Source of the DNA: an uncultured Nitrospiraceae bacterium
Lineage (GTDB): Bacteria > Nitrospirota > Nitrospiria > Nitrospirales > Nitrospiraceae
Direction of reading: 5' to 3'
NCBI GenBank assembly: GCA_963846575.1
Contig: CAWJWJ010000001.1
Span: 672,001-736,000, forward strand
DNA length: 64,000 bases
Position 1 is the stretch's first letter; each line of letters begins with the position of its first letter. This document shows, piece by piece, positions 29,633 through 42,736 of the stretch. The position numbers and the translations under genes were made by a program. The notes below the pieces were generated by a model that was not told the DNA's origin, made no database searches, and saw only the letters and a list, made by a program, of their open reading frames with translations.

Positions 29633-30763
29633 ATGAAGGTACGCATCGGACGAGAGGAACTTCTCACTGGCCTGCAGCGGGTGCAGGGAGTCGTCGAAAA
29701 ACGGAATACCATGCCGATCCTCTCGAACATCCTGTTGGAGGCCAAACACGACGGGGCGGAGATTGTGGCGACCGACCTGGAGATCGGCATGCGGGGTCTC
29801 TACAAAGCGGCGGTCCTCGAGGCCGGCGGCGTCACCCTCTCGGCGCGCAAGTTGTACGAGATCATCAAGGAGTTGCCCAACGGGGAGATTGAACTCACGT
29901 CCGCGGATAACAATTGGACCACGATTCAGGCTGGAAAAAGCCAGTTTAAGGTCGTCGGCCTCCCCAGCGGCGACTATCCCGCATTGCCTTCCATCGAGCG
30001 CGAGGGCCTGACGCCGCTGGCCGGGGCAGGATTACTGGAGTTGATCCGCAAAACCCTCTTTGCCGCCGGCGACAATGATGCCCGGTATATTCTGAACGGC
30101 CTGCTCGTGAGCCTGACGACCACAGAGAAAAAAACCACCCTGTTGCGTCTCGTCGGGACGGACGGCCATCGATTAGCCGTGGCGGAGCGAGAGGTGGGAA
30201 CGGCGGGTGCCAAGCAGCCGGCGCAGGACATCAAGGCGATTATTCCGAAAAAGGCCGCCCAGGAAATGCGGCGCCTGCTTGAAGAAGGCGGTGATGCCGA
30301 ACCATTGATCGGATTCACGAAGAACCTCATGATCTTCCGCAAGAGCGGCCTCCTCCTGACCTCACGCCTGATGGAAGGCAACTATCCGAACTATCAACAG
30401 GTGGTGCCGAAGGAAAGTAACCGGCGCATCTCGGTCAACCGGGTATTGCTGGAAAGCGCCTTGCGCCGGGTGTCGGTCCTGTCCAAGGATAAGGCCAATG
30501 CCGTGAAGGTGACCTTTGCGCCCGGCGGAATGACGTTGTTTTCGAGTAATCCTGATTACGGGGAAGCCACAGAAGACCTGGCGGCCCACTACGAAGGCGA
30601 GCCGCTCAATACCGGCTTTAACGCACGCTACCTCTTGGACGCCCTCAGCGTCATGGATGGCGAATCGGTCTCGTTACAGATGGACACCGCATTGAGTCCC
30701 TGCCTGATTCAGGAGGCCGAGAGCCCGGGGTTCAAGTGTGTCGTAATGCCGATCAAAATCTGA
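29633..30763 (+). CDS. dnaN: DNA polymerase III beta clamp
   Basis: ATDLE, TDGHRL, GNYPNY and VVMPI motifs; follows dnaA. Confidence 0.97.
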   Translation: MKVRIGREELLTGLQRVQGVVEKRNTMPILSNILLEAKHDGAEIVATDLEIGMRGLYKAAVLEAGGVTLSARKLYEIIKELPNGEIELTSADNNWTTIQAGKSQFKVVGLPSGDYPALPSIEREGLTPLAGAGLLELIRKTLFAAGDNDARYILNGLLVSLTTTEKKTTLLRLVGTDGHRLAVAEREVGTAGAKQPAQDIKAIIPKKAAQEMRRLLEEGGDAEPLIGFTKNLMIFRKSGLLLTSRLMEGNYPNYQQVVPKESNRRISVNRVLLESALRRVSVLSKDKANAVKVTFAPGGMTLFSSNPDYGEATEDLAAHYEGEPLNTGFNARYLLDALSVMDGESVSLQMDTALSPCLIQEAESPGFKCVVMPIKI

Positions 30764-30784
30764 CGCTTCACCCCTAGGAGTTGA

Positions 30785-33259
<2,475 letters not shown>

Positions 33260-33347
33260 CGAACGACGATGGCCGGGAGCGCCTCCGGAGATGGCGGGAA
33301 TCAGACCATCGGCCATCCGCAGTTAGCGATCTGCTCAGGGAGAAGAG

Positions 33348-35807
33348 ATGCCGCCAGATGAACGGTTAGGACAGATTGCAATCGAAGACGAGATGCGCTC
33401 GTCCTATCTCGATTACGCCATGAGCGTGATCGTCGGTCGGGCCCTCCCCGATGTGCGGGACGGCCTCAAGCCGGTCCATCGACGCATTTTGCACGGCATG
33501 AACGAGATGGGCCTCGCGGCGAATCGGCCCTACCGGAAGTCGGCCAAGATCGTCGGCGAAATCATGGGTAATTACCATCCCCATGGAGACTCGGCGATTT
33601 ACGATACGCTCGTGCGTATGGCGCAGAACTTCAACATGCGCTACATGCTGGTCGACGGCCAAGGGAACTACGGCTCCATGGACGGCGATTCGGCGGCAGC
33701 CATGCGATACACCGAAGCGCGCTTGACGAAATTTGCCGAGGAACTCCTGGCGGACATCGACAAGGAGACCGTCGACTTCGGCCCCAACTACGATGAATCC
33801 CTTGAGGAGCCGCTGGTGCTGCCCTCGAAGGTGCCGAACCTCCTGGTCAATGGAGCGGGCGGCATCGCGGTCGGATATGCCACGAACATCCCCACGCACA
33901 ACCTGGGCGAGGTCATCGAGGGCCTCCTCCTTCTGCTGGAGGATCCCGAGGTCACCATCGCGCAGCTGATGAAAAAAATACCCGGGCCTGACTTCCCGAC
34001 GGCCGGCTTCATCTACGGCACGGCCGGCATCAAGGATGCCTATGAAACGGGCCGCGGGCTGCTGACCGTTCGCGCGAAGGTCGCCATCGAGACGGACGAA
34101 CGCACGGACCGGGAGCGTCTCATCGTCACTGAAATTCCCTACCAGGTAAATAAGTCGAAGTTGATTGAGAAGATCGCGGATCTGGCGCAGGAGGATCGCG
34201 TGACCGGCATCTCGGACATTCGCGACGAATCCGACCGCGAAGGGGTCCGTGTGGTCATCGAGCTGAAACGAAACGAGATCCCGCTCGTCGTGCTGAACAA
34301 CCTGTACAAACACAGCCAGCTGCAGACCACCTTTGGCGTCAACATGCTGGCGCTCGTCAATAACCGTCCCGAGGTGCTGAATCTGAAGCGGATTCTCGTC
34401 GCCTTCGTGGAGCACCGGCGCGAAGTCGTCGTGCGGCGCACGTCCTATGAACTTCGGAAGGCCGAGGAGCGAGCGCATATTTTAGAAGGCCTCAAGATCG
34501 CCTTGGACAATCTGGACGCCGTGATTGCCTTGATCCGGCGCTCACAGTCTCCCGATGTCGCGCGTACCGGCTTGATGCAGCAATTTCAGCTCTCGGAGCT
34601 CCAAGCGAACGCGATTCTGGAGATGCGGCTTCAGCGCCTCACCCAGCTGGAACGCGACAAGCTGGTGGAGGAATATCGCGAGGTCTTGAAGCAGATCGAG
34701 TACCTGCGCTCGATCCTGGGCAGTGAGGCGCTGGTGCGCCGGATCATCCGCGATGAACTGATCGAGATCAAGGACAAGTATCAGGACGAGCGACGCACGA
34801 AAATCGTCAAGGAAGAGGCTGAGCTGACGCTCGAAGACCTGATCGCCGAGGAGGAAGTGGTCGTCACGATCACGCATACCGGCTATATCAAACGCAATGC
34901 GGTCACCCTGTATCGGGCACAGCGGCGCGGCGGCAAAGGAAAAATCGCCATGGGCGTGAAAGAGGAGGATTTTGTCGAAACCCTCTTCACCGCCTCCACG
35001 CACGACTCCCTGCTCTTTTGCACGGACGCCGGCAAGGTGTATTGGCTCAAGGTGCACGAAATCCCCGAGGCCAGCCGGGCGGCGAAGGGCAAGGCGCTGG
35101 TGAACCTTCTGGCCCTCTCGAAGGACGAAAAGGTGACGGCCTCCCTGCCGGTTAAAGAATTCCGCGCGGATCGGTATATCATCATGGCGACCAAACTCGG
35201 CGTCATCAAGAAGACCGAGTTGTCCGCCTACAGCAATCCCCGCCAGGGCGGCATCATCGCGCTCACGCTCGATCCCGGTGACAAGCTGATCGGGGTGGAT
35301 TTGACCGATGGCCAGCGGGAAATTCTCCTCGGTACCAAACAGGGCATCACCATCCGGTTCAAAGAGGACGACGTGCGGCCGATGGGGCGCACGGCTCACG
35401 GGGTGCGCGGGATCACCTTGGAGGCCGGCGACGAGGTCATCGGCATGGAAACCATTACGCCCGATTCGACGACCGCGATCCTTACCGTGACGGAATGCGG
35501 CTATGGGAAACGCACGCCGGTCAACGAGTATCGCGTGCAAGGCCGGGGCGGCAAGGGCATCATCAGCGTCAAGACAACCGAGCGTAACGGGCCGGCCGTA
35601 GGATTCCTCCAGGTTCGGGATGAAGATGAAATTATGCTGATGGCGGCCCAGGGCAAAGTGTTACGCTGTAAGGTAGATGACATCCGTGAAATCGGACGCA
35701 ACACCCAGGGCGTCCGGTTGCTCGATATGGATGGGGACGAAGACCGCGTCGTCGCCGTCGCACGTCTAGTCGAACGTGAGGAAGGGGTGCCCGACGAAGG
35801 TGAATGA
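33348..35807 (+). CDS. gyrA: DNA gyrase subunit A
   Basis: YHPHGDS, AAMRYTE and GyrA box QRRGGKG. Confidence 0.98.
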   Translation: MPPDERLGQIAIEDEMRSSYLDYAMSVIVGRALPDVRDGLKPVHRRILHGMNEMGLAANRPYRKSAKIVGEIMGNYHPHGDSAIYDTLVRMAQNFNMRYMLVDGQGNYGSMDGDSAAAMRYTEARLTKFAEELLADIDKETVDFGPNYDESLEEPLVLPSKVPNLLVNGAGGIAVGYATNIPTHNLGEVIEGLLLLLEDPEVTIAQLMKKIPGPDFPTAGFIYGTAGIKDAYETGRGLLTVRAKVAIETDERTDRERLIVTEIPYQVNKSKLIEKIADLAQEDRVTGISDIRDESDREGVRVVIELKRNEIPLVVLNNLYKHSQLQTTFGVNMLALVNNRPEVLNLKRILVAFVEHRREVVVRRTSYELRKAEERAHILEGLKIALDNLDAVIALIRRSQSPDVARTGLMQQFQLSELQANAILEMRLQRLTQLERDKLVEEYREVLKQIEYLRSILGSEALVRRIIRDELIEIKDKYQDERRTKIVKEEAELTLEDLIAEEEVVVTITHTGYIKRNAVTLYRAQRRGGKGKIAMGVKEEDFVETLFTASTHDSLLFCTDAGKVYWLKVHEIPEASRAAKGKALVNLLALSKDEKVTASLPVKEFRADRYIIMATKLGVIKKTELSAYSNPRQGGIIALTLDPGDKLIGVDLTDGQREILLGTKQGITIRFKEDDVRPMGRTAHGVRGITLEAGDEVIGMETITPDSTTAILTVTECGYGKRTPVNEYRVQGRGGKGIISVKTTERNGPAVGFLQVRDEDEIMLMAAQGKVLRCKVDDIREIGRNTQGVRLLDMDGDEDRVVAVARLVEREEGVPDEGE

Positions 35808-35850
35808 ACATGCCGCAGACGGCGCGGAATTCTAGTCGGCTCTTCTCATC

Positions 35851-36471
35851 ATGGCCATGAACCACTCGAATCCGCCGCCGAGCGGGGCTGCCTCTACAAC
35901 CCCCACCAAACGTCCTCTCGATACGGTCGTGAAAATGGCGCTGGGCGTCCTGTTCGGTTCCTTTGCACTGATCTGGGGCGGGATGTTCCTCAGCCGGCCT
36001 GACCGGTCGATTCCTCCCTATAGTGTCGGTTCTCAGGAACGCACCTTGGTTGCCGTGCACGTCCCTTCCTGGACCAGCGATACGGAAATCGAGACCCTCA
36101 TCGAACGGTTCAGAAAAGTCGGCGCTGAAAGCCGGAACTTTGGTGCCATGAAAATCCAGCCCACCACCCCTGATGATCCTCAAGGCCGGTATCAGCACAT
36201 CACGATTTATATTTTTACCGAGGAAGGATGGACGGAGCCGGAAGTCCTCCATAAATATGTGATCGGTGAGGATGGACAGGTGCGGGAGGGATTTGAGAAG
36301 TCCCTAAGGGGATTGTACCGGCTCGACGGGCAAGTGGAAGAGGGCCGAATGGGGCCGATGCTCCGGGGCGAAGATAGTGCGGCGACCGCGGCCTATTCGC
36401 GCCAGCTGTTCAAGGGGCCTGTCGTGTCCGGGGAGAAGGCGTCTCCGGCCGGCTCAGGGTCTGGACCATAA
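35851..36471 (+). CDS. Hypothetical single-TM protein
   Basis: 206-aa ORF co-oriented after gyrA; TM segment MALGVLFGSFALIWGGMFL. Confidence 0.65.
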   Translation: MAMNHSNPPPSGAASTTPTKRPLDTVVKMALGVLFGSFALIWGGMFLSRPDRSIPPYSVGSQERTLVAVHVPSWTSDTEIETLIERFRKVGAESRNFGAMKIQPTTPDDPQGRYQHITIYIFTEEGWTEPEVLHKYVIGEDGQVREGFEKSLRGLYRLDGQVEEGRMGPMLRGEDSAATAAYSRQLFKGPVVSGEKASPAGSGSGP

Positions 36472-36913
36472 CGGCGGTCAGGCGGTCGCGAAGCGCCTGA
36501 TCCTGGATGCCTTGAGTGTGCAACGTCGCTTCCTGAAGCAGCTGAGCCGTCGGCTGGCATGGAATGGCTTCGAGGCTGGCTCCTGACGGCGCGACTGATC
36601 GATCGGACGCGAATTCGCCCATGCGCAACACGATCTCGCTGACCAGCGGTTCTCCTGCCATCGCGTTGACCTTCTGCAGCAGGGCTGGTTTGAGAAAGGT
36701 GAGTTGCTGGAGCCAGACCGAATTCTGTACGACGACATAGAGCTTCTTGAAGCGAATGTGGTCGGGCCGCGTGTGAACGGCGATCGGTTCGCCCACGATC
36801 TCGGGCCAGTGCCGGCGCAGACGCGCCTCGAAAAGTTTGCTCTCCAAGCCCAGTCTGTGAGCCAGGCCGGCCAGGATGGAACCGAATGAATCGAGTCGGC
36901 TTTGTCCTCTCAT
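36410..36913 (-). CDS. dciA: DUF721/DciA family helicase-loading factor
   Basis: WPEIVGEPIAVHTRP..LYVVVQNSVWLQQL KH-like DUF721 signature. Confidence 0.8.
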   Translation of the reverse strand: MRGQSRLDSFGSILAGLAHRLGLESKLFEARLRRHWPEIVGEPIAVHTRPDHIRFKKLYVVVQNSVWLQQLTFLKPALLQKVNAMAGEPLVSEIVLRMGEFASDRSVAPSGASLEAIPCQPTAQLLQEATLHTQGIQDQALRDRLTAVMVQTLSRPETPSPRTRQAP

Positions 36914-36967
36914 GGAGGGTCATCATAACAAAATGCTTCCGATGGAAATAGCTCAGAGATCCGTAAC

Positions 36968-37447
36968 ATGACGAAAACTCACGACAAGGAAGATCAATTC
37001 AAAGTGGTGGCTACCAATCGAAAGGCCTATCACGACTATTTCATCGAAGAGAAGTTCGAAGCCGGAGTCATCCTGCGAGGAACCGAGGTCAAGTCCCTGC
37101 GGGAGGGACGCGTCAATCTGCAGGACAGTTACGCATCACTGGACGGCGACGAAGTCTATCTGCAGCATTGCCACATCAGTCCCTATTCGCATGGCAATCT
37201 TTCCAATCATGAGCCCTTGCGAAAGCGAAAGCTGTTGCTGCATCGCAAGGAAATCAACAAACTCATGGGGAAAACTCAACTGAAGGGTCTGACGATCGTC
37301 CCCTTGCGCATCTATTTCTCGAAGCGCGGCCACGCGAAAGTGGAGCTGGCGCTGGCGAAGGGGAAGAAGCAATATGACCGCCGTGCGACCATCAAGGCCC
37401 GCGAAGCCAGCCGCGAGGTGGAGCGTGCAATCAAACAAAATAAGTAG
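36968..37447 (+). CDS. smpB: SsrA-binding protein SmpB
   Basis: NRKAYHDY, GTEVKSLR, RKLLLHRKEI and KGKKQYDRR motifs. Confidence 0.97.
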   Translation: MTKTHDKEDQFKVVATNRKAYHDYFIEEKFEAGVILRGTEVKSLREGRVNLQDSYASLDGDEVYLQHCHISPYSHGNLSNHEPLRKRKLLLHRKEINKLMGKTQLKGLTIVPLRIYFSKRGHAKVELALAKGKKQYDRRATIKAREASREVERAIKQNK

Positions 37448-37663
37448 ACCGATGCAGTCCCCGTATGGGACCGCCGCGCTCTGTGACTCTGCGATCCCCT
37501 CTTGCGCTGTTTCCTGACCCTGAGCGCGACGTTTCTCAGGCTCGTGCCTCCGCATTTTGATCACCTACTTGCCCCCTGGCCGCGCGAAGCTGCGCAGCCC
37601 CCTGTCTAACAGACCGTCTTGCAACGTGAATTTCAGGAGTTTTCGGAGAGGCGACCTTTTGAC

Positions 37664-37694
37664 TTGACTTAGTTCTAACTAGAACTATTATACT
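37664..37694 (+). promoter_or_regulatory. Sigma70 promoter overlapped by palindromic operator TAGTTCTA-AC-TAGAACTA
   Basis: TTGACT at 37664-37669; perfect 8-bp inverted repeat at 37670-37687; -10 TATTAT/TATACT at 37686-37694. Confidence 0.7.
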
Positions 37695-37773
37695 GGGGTC
37701 GGGGGATGACCAAGGAGAAACAGATGAACGGGCAGGGGTTGGGCAGTGAAGGCATAAACAGGGGGGAGCCACA

Positions 37774-38220
37774 ATGAAGGCGCTATTCAATACCGACGAG
37801 AGTTGGACCGGTTTGATCCTGCGGGTGACTGCGGGATTGGTCATGCTTCCGCACGGCGCTCAGAAAATGCTCGGCTGGTTTGGAGGCTTTGGGTTTGATG
37901 GCACCATGGGATTCTTTACTCAACAAATGGGGTTGCCCTGGATCATTGCTTTCCTCGTCATCCTCGGGGAGTTTTTCGGCAGTCTGGGTCTGCTCACCGG
38001 CTTTCTGACGCGATTGACCGCCGCCAGCTTCATTGTGATCATGCTGGGGGCCATCGCCACCACGCATTGGCCGGTGGGGTTTTTCATGAACTGGTTCGGA
38101 CAACAGCAGGGGGAAGGTTACGAGTATCATCTGTTGGTCATCGGCATCAGCGCGGCGCTCCTTGTGACTGGCGCGGGGAAGTGGTCGGTAGATAGACTGA
38201 TCGCAACAAGGGTGGGTTGA
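37774..38220 (+). CDS. DoxX family membrane protein
   Basis: [23 protein letters not shown] and GAGKWSVD motifs. Confidence 0.88.
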   Translation: MKALFNTDESWTGLILRVTAGLVMLPHGAQKMLGWFGGFGFDGTMGFFTQQMGLPWIIAFLVILGEFFGSLGLLTGFLTRLTAASFIVIMLGAIATTHWPVGFFMNWFGQQQGEGYEYHLLVIGISAALLVTGAGKWSVDRLIATRVG

Positions 38221-38298
38221 GCCAAAGGCTTCGGTTCGTGCAGGCAGCCCGGCTCATAATGACAGAGCTGGCGCCTGCCCTGCAGAAAGGAGACGGAC

Positions 38299-39183
38299 AT
38301 GCGAACGGATACGACGACCACGAAGGCACTCACGGGAGTGTATCAGGCCGGGTCTCAGCATATGGTTGGAGATGGGTTCCCGGTCCGCAATATGATTCCG
38401 GGCGCCGGCGTCGATGAGCAATTGTCGCCGTTTTTGCTTCTGGACTACCTCGGGCCGAAGGAATTTGCGCCGACGGACCGGCGGCTCGGCGTGGGAGAGC
38501 ATCCTCATCGGGGATTTGAGACCGTTACGATCATGTACCACGGCAAGGTCGCGCATCGTGACTCCACCGGGAGTGGCGGCGTCATCGGCCCGGGCGATGT
38601 GCAGTGGATGACCGCCGCGTCCGGCATCGTGCACGAGGAGCTGCACGAGCAGGAGTTCGCCAAACAGGGCGGCCTGTTGGAAGGTATTCAATTGTGGGTC
38701 AATTTGCCGAAGGTCCACAAAATGTCTGCGCCGCGTTATCAGACATTGCTGAATGATAATATTCCGTCGGTGGACCTCGGCGGAGGAGCCGGCCGGATTC
38801 GCGTGATCGCCGGAGAGTTTCGGGGGATCAAGGGTCCGGCGAAGACGTTCACCCCGGTGCACCTCTACGACGTGCGGCTGAACCCCGGACACCGGTTCGA
38901 TCTGTCGCTGCCGGAGGGGTTCAATTCGTCGGTGTTCGTCCTTCATGGCCAGGTACTGGTGAACGGATCCCAGATTGTGGAGGCCGTCGAGATCGCTCAG
39001 TTCGAGCAGAAAGGCGAGCACGTGTCGCTCGAAGCGAGGGAAGAGGCAACGATCCTGGTGTCGAGCGGAGAACCCATTGCGGAGCCGGTTGCCCGATACG
39101 GTCCGTTTGTCATGAACACGCGTGATGAAATTATTCAGGCCGCGCAGGACTACCAGGCGGGCAAGATGGGACATTTGTCATGA
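38299..39183 (+). CDS. Pirin family protein
   Basis: PFLLLD, HPHRGFETVT, WMTAASGIVHEE and GPFVMN motifs. Confidence 0.93.
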   Translation: MRTDTTTTKALTGVYQAGSQHMVGDGFPVRNMIPGAGVDEQLSPFLLLDYLGPKEFAPTDRRLGVGEHPHRGFETVTIMYHGKVAHRDSTGSGGVIGPGDVQWMTAASGIVHEELHEQEFAKQGGLLEGIQLWVNLPKVHKMSAPRYQTLLNDNIPSVDLGGGAGRIRVIAGEFRGIKGPAKTFTPVHLYDVRLNPGHRFDLSLPEGFNSSVFVLHGQVLVNGSQIVEAVEIAQFEQKGEHVSLEAREEATILVSSGEPIAEPVARYGPFVMNTRDEIIQAAQDYQAGKMGHLS

Positions 39184-39821
39184 CCGGGAAGACAGTCACG
39201 ATCGAGGTCTATTCCGATGTGGTCTGTCCCTGGTGTTACATCGGCAAACGGAGGCTGGAGCAGGCGCTGGAAGCGCTCAAGGGGCGGGACTCGACCTGCG
39301 TCATCTGGCGCCCGTTTCAACTCAATCCGACTATGCCCAAGGCCGGCATGGATCGACGCGTTTATCTTGAGGCGAAGTTCGGAGGACCTGCCGAAATGAA
39401 GGCCGTGCAGGACCGCATCTCCGCCGCCGGCGCTGGTGAAGGAATCGAGTTCGCATTCGGGCGAATGGAGCGGACACCCAATACCTTCGACGCGCACCGC
39501 TTGATCTGGTACGCCCGGCAGCACGATTGTCAGGATGCGGTCGTCGAGGAAGTATTTCACGGCTACTTCACGGAAGGTCTACATGTGGAGCAACCGGAGA
39601 CCTTGGTTTCTCTCGCGGGCCGTGCGGGACTGGATGAAAAGACGGTCAGCCGGTTTTTACAAACTGATGAAGGTGTCGAGTCTGTGCGGCAGGAAGAGGC
39701 GAGGGGCCATCAGCTGGGAATAAGAGGCGTGCCCTACTTCCTGCTGAACGGGACCCATGCGATATCGGGGGCGCAGCCCGTGGAGACCTTCGTCTCCGAA
39801 ATTGAGCAGACTATCCGTTAA
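39180..39821 (+). CDS. DsbA/FrnE-like oxidoreductase
   Basis: SDVVCPWCYIG, GIRGVPYF and SGAQP motifs. Confidence 0.9.
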   Translation: MTGKTVTIEVYSDVVCPWCYIGKRRLEQALEALKGRDSTCVIWRPFQLNPTMPKAGMDRRVYLEAKFGGPAEMKAVQDRISAAGAGEGIEFAFGRMERTPNTFDAHRLIWYARQHDCQDAVVEEVFHGYFTEGLHVEQPETLVSLAGRAGLDEKTVSRFLQTDEGVESVRQEEARGHQLGIRGVPYFLLNGTHAISGAQPVETFVSEIEQTIR

Positions 39822-39833
39822 GGAGGAGTGGAG

Positions 39834-40277
39834 ATGGCTGTCCAAGTGTACGGTTGCAATCATATCGTCATCGAAGTAACGAATGCCAAGAAGGCCGTGA
39901 AGTTCTATGCGGATGTGTTCGGCCTGAAGATGCTGCGCGGCGGCGAAGGAGCCGCCTGGTGCAAACTCGGCGAGCACCAATTCATGGCGATTTTCGAGGT
40001 CGAGACGCTCCAGCCGGACCGGGTGAAACACTTCGGACTGATGGTCCGCGACGACCAGCAGATCAAAGAGGTCCGGAAGAAGCTCACGCAAAAATACAAA
40101 CTCACGTTGCATCCGGATTTCCGATGTGATTTCCGTGATCCCTGGGGAAATCGCATTCAGGTCGGCGACCTGAGCGACGAGTCCCTGGTGTGGCTCCTTC
40201 CCTATCAAGAGGTCCAACAAGCGGGAATCACCTTCACGAAACCATCACGATCACAAGCCCGAAAGGAGACGACATGA
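39834..40277 (+). CDS. VOC family protein
   Basis: NHIVIEV...AVKFYADVFGL, HFGL and DPWGNRIQ motifs. Confidence 0.82.
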   Translation: MAVQVYGCNHIVIEVTNAKKAVKFYADVFGLKMLRGGEGAAWCKLGEHQFMAIFEVETLQPDRVKHFGLMVRDDQQIKEVRKKLTQKYKLTLHPDFRCDFRDPWGNRIQVGDLSDESLVWLLPYQEVQQAGITFTKPSRSQARKETT

Positions 40278-40648
40278 GCACGGCCAATTTACAAGCACGC
40301 TTGCAAGGACTCTTGACCTACATCCAACAGGGGAAGATCATAGAAGCTATGAACGAGTTCTATGACCAGGACACCGTGATGCGAGACAACCACAATCCTC
40401 CCACGAAGGGCCTGGTCGCCAACATTGAACGCGAGAAGCAGTTTCTCAGCGGTGTGAAAGAGTGGAAAGGATTTCAGGTAGTGGCATCCGGCGTGGGTGA
40501 CGGGGTTACCTTTTATGAAGGTGTCTTGGACTTCATTGCCACGAACGGACAACCGGTCCACATGGAACAGGCATCTGTCGCCAAGTGGAAAAACGGGAAA
40601 ATTGCCAACGAACGGTTCTACTACGACACAGGCAAGCAGGCCTCATAA
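40274..40648 (+). CDS. SnoaL/NTF2-like protein
   Basis: AMNEFYD and WKNGKIANERFYY motifs; ATGA overlap. Confidence 0.8.
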   Translation: MSTANLQARLQGLLTYIQQGKIIEAMNEFYDQDTVMRDNHNPPTKGLVANIEREKQFLSGVKEWKGFQVVASGVGDGVTFYEGVLDFIATNGQPVHMEQASVAKWKNGKIANERFYYDTGKQAS

Positions 40649-40859
40649 AGCATTGTCGAGGAAGAACGGGAGCCGTGGGCGCGAATGTGTTCCGGCTCCC
40701 CTGCTTTGCAAGGATGGCACAGCCTGGGTCGGAGAGAACACCGACGCAGGCTGACGTGGAGAAAGTGATCGGGCCGTGTGGAGGAACTGACGGGTCGCGG
40801 CGGGATAGTAGGGATGGTCCGGTTGCCGATGGATAAGTTGGAGCAGAGAGGGTGATGGT

Positions 40860-41564
40860 TTGCGACTGAACGGAAAAGTAGTCGTGATTGCCGGAGGATC
40901 GGGGGCCCTCGGCCAAACGGTGACGCCGGCCTGTGTTCAGGCCGGCGCGCAGGTCATTACGGTGGATCGCCAAGCTCCAGCGCAAGTGGCCGGTTGGTCT
41001 GCTCTGCAAGCCGACGTCACGGACGAAGCGGACGTCCAACGCCTGGCGCGTGAGGTCATTCAGAAGTATGGTCGCCTCGATGTACTCATCAACCTGGTCG
41101 GCGGTTTCGCCATGGGTCGGCTGGCGGATACAGACGTCGCCACCTGGCAACGTATGTTGGCTCTGAACGTGACACCGGCGTTTCTGCTCTCCAAGACCGT
41201 GATCCCCCACATGGTCACACGCGGGGCGGGCCGTATCCTGCACGTGGCAGCCTGGGCGGCGGTTGAACCGTTTCCGGGAGCGGCGGCCTACCTTGTCGCC
41301 AAGTCCAGTCTGCTGGCGTTGATCCGGGTCCTGGCGCTTGAGCTCAAAGGTTCCGGGGTCACCGTCAATGCGGTGCTGCCCAATACCATCGACACGCCGG
41401 CTAACCGGGATAACATACCGGACATCGATCCGGCCACCTGGACGAAACCGACCTCGATCGCCGACACGCTCCTCTTTCTCGCCTCTGAGGAGGCGGGGCA
41501 GATCAGCGGGGCTGCCATCCCCGTCGGCACGAACGGCGGTGCGAAGCAGGCAGAGCACAGTTAA
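40860..41564 (+). CDS. Short-chain dehydrogenase/reductase
   Basis: GGSGALG, YLVAK and IDTPANR motifs. Confidence 0.85.
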   Translation: MRLNGKVVVIAGGSGALGQTVTPACVQAGAQVITVDRQAPAQVAGWSALQADVTDEADVQRLAREVIQKYGRLDVLINLVGGFAMGRLADTDVATWQRMLALNVTPAFLLSKTVIPHMVTRGAGRILHVAAWAAVEPFPGAAAYLVAKSSLLALIRVLALELKGSGVTVNAVLPNTIDTPANRDNIPDIDPATWTKPTSIADTLLFLASEEAGQISGAAIPVGTNGGAKQAEHS

Positions 41565-41577
41565 GGGAGGCGAGGGC

Positions 41578-42018
41578 ATGTCGGGCCAGGATTTTACTCG
41601 TCAGCATCTGAACGATCTCTCCCGGTCACTGCTACGGTTACACAAGGCCTTGTTGGACGGCGAACGAATCTCCTACGAACGGGTGCATGGGCGTATCCCC
41701 ACCAACGGAGCCTTCTTTCAGCTGGTTTTAGGCGACGCCTGGTTCGCCTGGTTGCGTCCGCTGTCTCAACTGATGGCTCGTCTCGATGAGCTGTCCGAGG
41801 ACGATGACGACTCTCACCGCGCGGAACTGACGGAACTCCTCGCGACGGCGGGAACGCTACTGATGCCGTCTGAAGCCGGTGAAGGGTTCGCCCGACATTA
41901 TTATGATGCGTTACAACGCGAACCGGACGTGGTGCTGGCGCATGCGGCCACTCGTGCATTGCTCCGGTCATGCCGGGGCGCGGCCGTAGAGAGCGAGCGT
42001 GATCGCCGGTCGCGCTGA
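41578..42018 (+). CDS. Conserved hypothetical protein
   Basis: GGAGG RBS; LLRLHKALLD..YERVHG..FAWLRPLS..ALQREPDVVLAH. Confidence 0.7.
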   Translation: MSGQDFTRQHLNDLSRSLLRLHKALLDGERISYERVHGRIPTNGAFFQLVLGDAWFAWLRPLSQLMARLDELSEDDDDSHRAELTELLATAGTLLMPSEAGEGFARHYYDALQREPDVVLAHAATRALLRSCRGAAVESERDRRSR

Positions 42019-42048
42019 TCCCTGGTCTGGAACACCGCAGAGGGAGCC

Positions 42049-42690
42049 ATGAACATCGTCTTGATTGGGGCGACCGGATACGTCGGTTCGGCGATCCTGA
42101 AAGAAGCCTTGGATCGCAACCATGAGGTGACCGCCGTTGCGCGTAACACGGAGAAACTCCCCTTCCATCCGCACCTGCACGCGCTGAAGGCTGACGTCTC
42201 TCGGGAGGGCGAGGTGGCCCGATTGGTCGCGGGCCATGAGGCGGTGATCAGCGCATTCAATCCGGGTTGGAGCAACCCGGACATCTACAACCAGCAGATC
42301 AATGGAACGCGCGCCATTATTAATGGCGTGAAGGAGGCAGGAGTCAAGCGACTGCTGTTTGTGGGAGGTGCCGGTAGTTTGGAGGTATCGCCCGGGGTTC
42401 AGGTATTAGACCTGCCGGAGTTTCCCAGCGAATTCAAACAGGGTGCGCTGGCGACCCGCGAAGCCCTGGCGCACCTACGCCAGGAAACTGCCCTTGACTG
42501 GACCTACGTCTCTCCATCGGTGGATTTATTCCCCGGCTCACGCACCGGACGGTTTCGGCTTGGAACGGACTACATGCTGAAAGATGCGAAGGGAGCGAGT
42601 CGAATCTCGGTGCAGGACTTCGCGATGGCCATGATTGATGAACTGGAGAAGCCGGCCTACGTGCGCAGCCGGTGCACCGTAGGTTATTGA
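42049..42690 (+). CDS. NAD(P)H-binding oxidoreductase (flavin reductase-like)
   Basis: GATGYVG, VGGAGSL and DWTYVSP motifs. Confidence 0.87.
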   Translation: MNIVLIGATGYVGSAILKEALDRNHEVTAVARNTEKLPFHPHLHALKADVSREGEVARLVAGHEAVISAFNPGWSNPDIYNQQINGTRAIINGVKEAGVKRLLFVGGAGSLEVSPGVQVLDLPEFPSEFKQGALATREALAHLRQETALDWTYVSPSVDLFPGSRTGRFRLGTDYMLKDAKGASRISVQDFAMAMIDELEKPAYVRSRCTVGY

Positions 42691-42736
42691 CGCTTGCGAA
42701 GAGGCACATCGCTTGGTCGTCGGGAGGGTATCGGGC

